Assembly (NCBI GenBank): GCA_951406725.2
Contig: OX597818.1
Span: 114,576,001-114,640,000 of the forward strand
Length of the DNA stretch: 64,000 nucleotides
From: Octopus vulgaris
Lineage: Eukaryota
Direction: 5' to 3'
Shown here piece by piece: positions 55,860 to 64,000 of the stretch. Each line of letters begins with the position of its first letter. The first letter of the stretch is position 1. Below the pieces are notes generated by a model. It did no database searches. It was given only the letters and a program-made list of their open reading frames with translations, and was not told the origin of the DNA. The position numbers and the translations under genes are program-made.

Positions 55860-56350
55860 GACTGTCTCCTTTCAGTTTGCGTCTACTAACCGATTAACAA
55901 AGTTCAGATCCTCCCGGAGATATACAGAAGACACTTGCCCAAGGAGCGACGCAATGGTTCTCAACCCGTATCCCGTGATTGGAAAGCAAACGTCTTGCCC
56001 CACATCCACACCCACGCTTGCTTATATACATGTAACTACATATATACGCCAACGAAAACACAGATTACCCAAGCTGTATTCTAGAGTTTTGTACCAGCGC
56101 GCATACACAAACACAAGCACACACTCATACTCAAACATACGCGCCCGCGCTTTTATTTCCGCGGTAGAACAGAATTGTTGTTTCCCTATAATACATAGAT
56201 CTTGTCATGAAAACCATAAGACGTCCTTAGTGAAGTTGATAGCTGCAGCAAAAAAAAAAAAGTAAAACTATTTATCAATTAGCCTAATTTAATTGCGAGG
56301 TTCGTTCTACAGTGCAGAGGCGTGGCAATTATAAGTGTACACACGTTATG

Positions 56351-56577
56351 CATACATACATACATACATACATACATACATACATACATACATACATACA
56401 TACATACATAAATACATACATACATACATACATACATACATACATACATACATACATACATACATACATACATACATACATACATACATACAAACATACA
56501 TACATACATACATGCATACATACATACATACAAACATACATACATACATACATACATACAAACATACATACATACAT

Positions 56578-56600
<23 letters not shown>
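56351..56600. repeat. (CATA)n microsatellite; representative of many (TA)n, (CA)n, (GATA)n and (CATA)n tracts in the window
   Basis: Directly visible. Confidence 0.95.
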
Positions 56601-56608
<8 letters not shown>

Positions 56609-56773
56609 TGCATACAATTTTAGAAAAACAATTTAGAGATGTGGAAATTTTACCGATAAGTGTTTTAAATAATAAGGCACTAAAAGAGAATGACTCTCCC
56701 CAGACACAACAGAATATGCTTCAACACACGAACTCATATAAAGAATCTTGCAAACCAAATCCCAAAACGAAAT

Positions 56774-56806
<33 letters not shown>

Positions 56807-58112
56807 ATAAATGAGTGTGCAATGAATTACCACCGGATGGGTACTCGGAAAGATTCAAAGCTATTGTAATCCAACTTCCTTACCAGAGTACCAATAATTC
56901 CACGGAACAAGAGTTGTTATCCAGAAAATCTGTAAAGCTGAAGCGTGAAATATGACAGAAAGTACACAAAAGCATAGTATTGCCATCGTATTTTTATAAT
57001 ATTTTCACAAGATATTATATTAACATAACCTACTTAGAAAACCGTGGTAATCGAATCATGTTCGCATGTGCATTGCTTGCTAAGGATGGCAAATAACATT
57101 GGATTAAATTACTATTTGCTTCCTAAGATCTGGTGTTTCAAATAATTATGCAATCGTCTACGTAATAGTTACTGTACCCTAGTGATTTCCGACGGTTTAA
57201 TTAGTGATTAATTAATTCTCTTGTTTTATTCTGCTCTCATTATACTCTCTGTAAATCATTAAAACGTATATAATACCAAAAGAAAATTGGAGGACAAGTC
57301 AAGTGTACTTCTTGCTTGGGAGATGAATAAACATGGATGTATACCGAATTCTAAGCAATGGTTAACTGTTATCCTATATTATTCGAAATAGCAACTTTTT
57401 AACATATATATATATGTATAGATGTATGTATGTATATGTATGAGTGTGTTTGTGTGCGTGTATGCGTAGTTGTGTGTGTTTGTGTGTTTGTGTGTATGTG
57501 TGTGCGTGTATGTGCATGTGTATGGTTCAAAAATATACAAAGTATATACAAAAATGGAGATAGGTGAAAGAAAAACAGAGTGTGTTTGTTTGACGGTAAA
57601 ATAAATGAAACAACTTCAACCTCTTGAATCTACGTTAATCTACAGAAAAAAATGTTGAGAGAAAGCAGATGAGGAGATAAAAATGGAGCGCAGAAAAGAC
57701 GTGTGTGAATTAGCGATGCTAAGAATAATATCTTCTTCACCATTAATATTATTTACCAACATCACCATAAACAGCAAGAGTAAGAACAACAAACATTACA
57801 ACAACGGTGACCCATCACGTAATCCTCTGCGAGCCATGTTTGTATCATGTGATACACAGCTTTGAAAATTAAGAAATTTTTATGTATGTGTGTTTGGTTT
57901 GCAGGATTTCAGATGTGAAGGAGAAGAGGAAAGTCAATGAGAAGGGCGCGAATAACGACAAAAAGACTTTGACGAACAAACAGTCGATTGACTGTTTAAC
58001 CAAAACATGAAACAAATAGTCCATTAGTTAGTTGGTTAAATATTCAATAAATTAACTAACAATAAAGAAGTGATATTGAAACACGGCGTGTGTAATTATT
58101 GATGGCGTAATG

Positions 58113-58580
58113 AAGGCGGTGATCTGGCAGAATCGTTAGCACGCCGGGTGAAATGTTTAGAGGTATTTCGTCCGTGTCTACGTTCTGAGTTCAAATTCCG
58201 ACGAGGTTGACTTTGCCGTTCATCCTTTCGAGGTCGATTAAATAAGTACCAATTAAGCACTAGAGTCGATGTAATCGACTCAATCCCTTTGTCTGTCCTT
58301 GTTTGTCCCGTCTATGTTTAGCACTCTGTGGGCAATAAAGAAATAAATAATGTAACACTAGAAAGGCGGCCATCTGGCAGAAACGTTAGCACACCGGGCG
58401 AAATGCTTAGAGGTATTTCGTCCGTGTCTACGTTCTGAGATGAATTTCCGCCTAGATCGACTTTGCTGTTCATCCTTTCGGAATCGATTAAATAAGTACT
58501 AGTTACGCACTGTGGTCGATGTAATCGACTTAAACCCTTTTTCCAAGTTGCTCTTGTGGATGAAATTTGAAATGATTATT
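58113..58580 (+). mobile_element. Two tandem family A SINEs
   Basis: Heads AAGGCGGTGATCTGGCAGAATC (58112) and AAGGCGGCCATCTGGCAGAAAC (~58363). Confidence 0.85.
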
Positions 58581-59082
58581 AAAGGCGTAATGGCCGTCCC
58601 CAGACACAATTTTCAATAAATTACTTCCAGATACTGCCTGAAAAAATATGAGATGGTCACTGCTTTCGGATATCTGAAAGATGCTGATTTGAATATGTTT
58701 GACCTGGGACGCCAAAATAGCAGCGCCAATAACGCCAAGACCATTCAGATATCAAGGGGTTGCAATGAATAACTCACAATAGATACTACAAAACTATACA
58801 GACAGCGGCTTAACCGTATGGTAAGAATTTACAGGATTGATTCAAATCTTGGTCAACGTTAGTTAGATTTTTCTATTATTGTATGGCAGGAATTCATGTA
58901 ATGTGGATGAAACATGACCGTTGAAAACTGTATAGGAGCCCAATGTATATTTTCTTGGAAAATTCAGTAACTTCTAAATTGGAGTGTTCTTTGTCTATCT
59001 CCTTAACTTCTTGGCGATTTTAGGAATAATTATACTAATGTGTCCATCTGTTCTAATTTAATTAAATTCTATTAAATTCTGT

Positions 59083-59171
59083 GTGCAGCTGAAGATTGCA
59101 CTGTATATTAATTTGGTGTAATGATGGCATTGCTCAATTAAATGGAGTTGCATGAAACAATCGTATTGCAT
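59083..59171 (+). ncRNA. Putative type-I hammerhead ribozyme, same repeat family as 54848-54935
   Basis: GTGCAG-CTGAAGA-T[TGCA..long loop..TGCA]T-GAAAC-AATC-GTA-TTGCAT, followed by the same GGATAT.CTTGTTGCT.ATTTTGATTA-(TA)n terminus. Confidence 0.7.
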
Positions 59172-59257
59172 TACCTCTGGATATCCTTGTTGCTTATTTT
59201 GATTATATATATATATTCATGTGTGTGTGTATAAATATATACCTATCTATCTATCTA

Positions 59258-59350
<93 letters not shown>

Positions 59351-59360
59351 TGTGTGTGTG

Positions 59361-59396
<36 letters not shown>

Positions 59397-59435
59397 CAGA
59401 GAGAGTTAATAGATCGGTGGATAGATTGATAGATA

Positions 59436-60711
59436 TGTTTCTTTATTAGCCACACAGGGCTGCACACAGACAGGGCAAATTACAAGGTAGAGCTTTTCTT
59501 TTGGGGGTAAAAAAAAAGTGGGCTTGGTTTTCGATCAAAAGGGATCGTAAAAGGAAAGAAAGAGGACAAAAAAGGGGGGGATAAAAAAGGGGGGTGATAA
59601 AAAAAGGGGGGGGGTTGATCAATAGGGATCGTTATCACAGAAATGTCAATATGAAGTGTAAAGGGGAGGACAGGTGAGGTTTACCCGTGGAAAGAAAAGC
59701 CTACGGAAAAGACCACGGTAACCTCGGTCAATGAAGTCACGTTATATTTCTTTTTTTTTGCAAATAAACAACTCTCTGTATTAATTTTTACGGTTCATAG
59801 AATCATAGTCAAGATGGCTTCGTCATTCATACGTGCCATCCTTGCTACATTCACCCATCTTTTTTTAAAACATTCACTAGACAAAACTTGCCTCTCTACT
59901 CTCATTTTCCTTTTCAAGTGGAGAGATTGACCAGAAAGGAAAGTGTTTGTCTCTAATCCTTTCAGGCGCGTCCACCAGATACATTCTTTCGCCATAGCCA
60001 CAAGTATGATAAAAATAGCTCTTCCTTCCCGTTTGAAGGAAGGAGGCGTGACTATATTAACGATAGACTCGGCTGATAAACCGACACGTCCCACACGTGA
60101 CAGCAGTCGGTCGACATAAGCCCACAGGTCGGAGATTGTTGGACACTGCACGATTGCGTGCAGAGCGGTTTCATCGCTCTGCCCGCATCTCGGACAGGTC
60201 GGCCCCGTGTTTCTCGAGCCATGCCTATAGAGCTTATCCCGAACGGGTAGCGCTTCTCGGTAGCACCGCCAGGCCAGGGATCTCTGGAAGTTGTCCATAG
60301 GTCCCGGGCCGAAAGTCGTTTGAAACAGGCGGGTCAGGTATTCCTCGTCGACGCCCAGGTTTGCCCCAAGATCGTCGTCGTACCTCCCCTCCACTAATCC
60401 CCTATAGAATGTTTTGGTTGTGTTGAAGTCACTCAAGGTCGACCGGGACGGCAGAGTTGCTTGAGAGCAACGCGACACTCGCGGTGCCATTCGCCCTTCC
60501 TCGGCCTCTTTTTGATCCACGACTGCAGTTCGGTCATGGAGACGAGCTGCGGGAAAGCGTGCCTCACAAACGGCGACCACACCTGTTCACCGTCGTCTAC
60601 GAAGAGCCTAAGATGTCGCAGTCTCAGCGCGTGTCTGCGCATCATCAACCACGGCATGCCCAGTCCTTCTTTTAACGGGTGTTGACAGCAAATGGACCGC
60701 CTGACCATCGG

Positions 60712-60712
<1 letters not shown>
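59436..60712 (-). mobile_element. 5'-truncated Tx1/L1-clade LINE (C-terminal zinc-binding region plus 3' UTR) within a GATA repeat
   Basis: EGGLG-like remnant LKEGLGMP, WRCYREALPVRDKL and CPRCGQSDETALHAIVQCP (zf-RVT-like CCHC). The 3' UTR ends AATAAAGAAAC, and GATA-type repeats lie on both sides. Confidence 0.85.
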
Positions 60713-60798
<86 letters not shown>

Positions 60799-61261
60799 GT
60801 ATAACTCTATGTATGCACATACCTTCATTCGTTGTTGAATCAGTAATATATTTAGGACGAGATAACAGGGAGGCAGAAACGAAAATCATTATTAATTTGT
60901 TTTTGTATCTTATAAATAAAAATTCAAATAAAAATTTGCTATTTTGATCGGTACCATTCTTTCACTGGTTGCAGAAATAAACCAAGCTGCGCCCATACTG
61001 GAGCACACTTCAGTCGTTATTTGTTATTTCATTTTATTATACTTTTGCTTTAAACATGATTTCATTGGTTGTTTCGACACTTATTTCCGTCTGGTACTTA
61101 TTTTAACGATTTCAATATATTGAATGGCTACCTTTGACATAAAAAGGTTATTTATCATCGACAGATACGGACACACCCTCTCCACTTACCTTTTCTCTCT
61201 CCGCCTGTTTCTCTGTCTCTGTCTCTCTCTTTTTCTCATACACACACACAGACACACACAT

Positions 61262-61305
<44 letters not shown>

Positions 61306-61322
61306 GCATATATATACATACA

Positions 61323-61408
<86 letters not shown>

Positions 61409-61422
61409 GATGGCTTGGTAAC

Positions 61423-61511
<89 letters not shown>

Positions 61512-62047
61512 TGATCACTTAAGTAACAACACAAAAGTAAATAAAATGTTTCCACGAAACTACACGATAAATTTGAACTCTAGAGGCCAATGAAATAATA
61601 ATTTTATCAACATCGTAAACATCAATAATAATTATTAAAATACGACAATAAAAAGAATATACTAAAAAAAAACAAATGACAACTAAACTGTTTCTTTTTC
61701 CTTTTTAATTAATATTTATGGTTGTAAAAAATTATGACTAAAACCAGTTTAAACATTAAACCTAAGCAACGGTAGATATGTCTATATATATAAACCGCTA
61801 TCCCATATAGTAATGCAGTTCCAGAAGTATGTGTGCGTATAGAAAAAACTTCATTTTAATAATATTGATTTTTTTTAAAAACGGAAATATAGTTCTGAAA
61901 TCATGGAAGTAGGAAAAAATACCAGAAAACTAAACACACAGAACGTACACAATGTAATGTATATATCTACAAAACCTGACTACACTCAGACATGTAAATG
62001 TGTGTATGTGCGTGCTTGCGTGCGTACACATATATGTATGTGCATGC

Positions 62048-62170
<123 letters not shown>

Positions 62171-62204
62171 TGAATATATTTATAAGTATTAATAAATATA
62201 TGTA

Positions 62205-62515
62205 AGAAGTCAGCGTGCTGGCACAATCGTTAGCACATCGGGCTAAAGGCTTAGCGGCGTTTTGTTCTTTTTATATTCCGTTTTCAAATTCATCCGAAGT
62301 CGTCTTTGCCTTTCGTCCTTTCAGTTGTCGATAAAAAATTACTAGTTGAGTAATGGGCTCGATTCAATCCACGTAGGCCACCCCCGAACCTGCTGTCCTT
62401 GTACCAAAACTGGACACCATTAAATACATATAATGACATACATTTACACATACACATATATATTCTTCTTTTACCTGTTTCAGTCATTTGAGTGCGGCCA
62501 TGCTGGAGTACCACC
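62205..62515. mobile_element. Degenerate family A SINE (+) and family C tail (-)
   Basis: GCTGGCACAATCGTTAGCAC..TTTGCCTTTCGTCCTTTC; TTTCAGTCATTTGAGTGCGGCCATGCTGGAG. Confidence 0.65.
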
Positions 62516-62580
62516 TATCGGTATATATATATACACACACATGAGTATTGTAGTTCGCTTGAAGCATTGTGTATTGTTTG

Positions 62581-62750
62581 TAAAGAATAAAAAGTTTTGA
62601 ATGGTAAAGCAATGCACTATAATATAAAAAATGGACTATACACTTGTAATTTAGTTATCCATAGTCCGAACTAAATTGCAACAGGTATATAGTCCATATT
62701 TCTTATTATAATTCATTGTTTTACCATTCATAACTTTTTATTCTTTATAT
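62581..62750. repeat. Imperfect fold-back inverted repeat with ~75-80-bp arms
   Basis: TAAAGAATAAAAAGTTTTGAATGGTAAAGCAATG..GGACTATA..AATTTAGTT / AACTAAATT..TATAGTCC..CATTGTTTTACCATTCATAACTTTTTATTCTTTA. Confidence 0.8.
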
Positions 62751-62759
62751 ATATAGCTA

Positions 62760-62854
<95 letters not shown>

Positions 62855-62871
62855 ATATATATATATATATA

Positions 62872-62924
<53 letters not shown>

Positions 62925-63260
62925 TAGTTGTATCAACGTCTAAAGACGTAACGTGAAGACCAGGTCAACTTTGCCATAAGTAATACATAAATATTTGTAT
63001 GTGTGTTTGTTTGTGTAAGTATTTCTGTACGCTTTTGGATTAATGTTTATATTTATGTGCGTGGGTGTAAACCCGTGAATTAATACTGATTTGTATTATG
63101 TCACTGAACTAGCAACGAAAAAAGTCCGTATAATGTGTCACACACACATACACACACTCATACAGACATAAACAGACACGCACACACACAAACACACACA
63201 CATATTCCTTTATATCGTTCAATTTGTGTGCATTCATATACCCATATCTATATCATACTA

Positions 63261-63298
<38 letters not shown>

Positions 63299-63303
63299 CA
63301 TAC

Positions 63304-63342
<39 letters not shown>

Positions 63343-63364
63343 CATATATATATACATACATACG

Positions 63365-63396
<32 letters not shown>

Positions 63397-63477
63397 CATA
63401 TATATATACATACATACGTATATATATATATATACATATATATATATGCATATATATATATATATATATATACATAC

Positions 63478-63528
<51 letters not shown>

Positions 63529-63546
63529 TGTTCATGAATAGAAAAG

Positions 63547-63690
<144 letters not shown>

Positions 63691-64000
63691 TGACGATGGA
63701 GACGACGACGATGAGAAGTGTGATCCCAGCAACGAAAAGTGTTAAAATTATAAGGTTGGCTCAAACGACTTCTCCTATATTCCTTTACATCTTTTGAATC
63801 TCTCAACACCTACAAAATGCACATATTTGAAAGTAGACAAACTTGAGTGTGTTGTTTAAATACATGTGGTATATCAGACAGTTGACGATCAAAGCTGATT
63901 CAGTGCGAGCGAATCGCTGTAGAACTGTTTTATGATGGACGTTATTCACTCGAGGAACGAATTCTGATAACAGGAAACGTCTGTATTTCTACCAATTTTA

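Overview
AT-rich, microsatellite-dense eukaryotic non-coding DNA. The SINE families look like those of an octopod cephalopod, which is an inference. I found no host protein-coding exon I can support; almost all listed ORFs are translations of microsatellites or low-complexity sequence. The window holds several R4/Dong-type (RT plus restriction-like endonuclease) non-LTR retrotransposon copies sitting in (TAA)n tracts, Tx1/L1-type LINE fragments, a decayed mariner-like transposase and many tRNA-derived SINEs of about three families, often nested. The most interesting signals are four. (1) Four loci, with six motifs in total, have type-I hammerhead ribozyme cores. Three lie in fold-back or Penelope-end-like repeats next to (TA)n, and one lies in a tRNA-headed SINE. 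(2) A 4-kb composite array at 36.5-40.6 kb has five conserved GC-richer units of ~180-200 bp separated by GAAAATTTTC-type spacers, and is bracketed by an inverted pair of promoter-like blocks. (3) The dominant SINE shares its 3' tail with a Tx1-like LINE and repeatedly joins at two fixed sites within its own copies. (4) Fold-back palindromes recur at (TA)n tracts. All coordinates and folds were read by eye.
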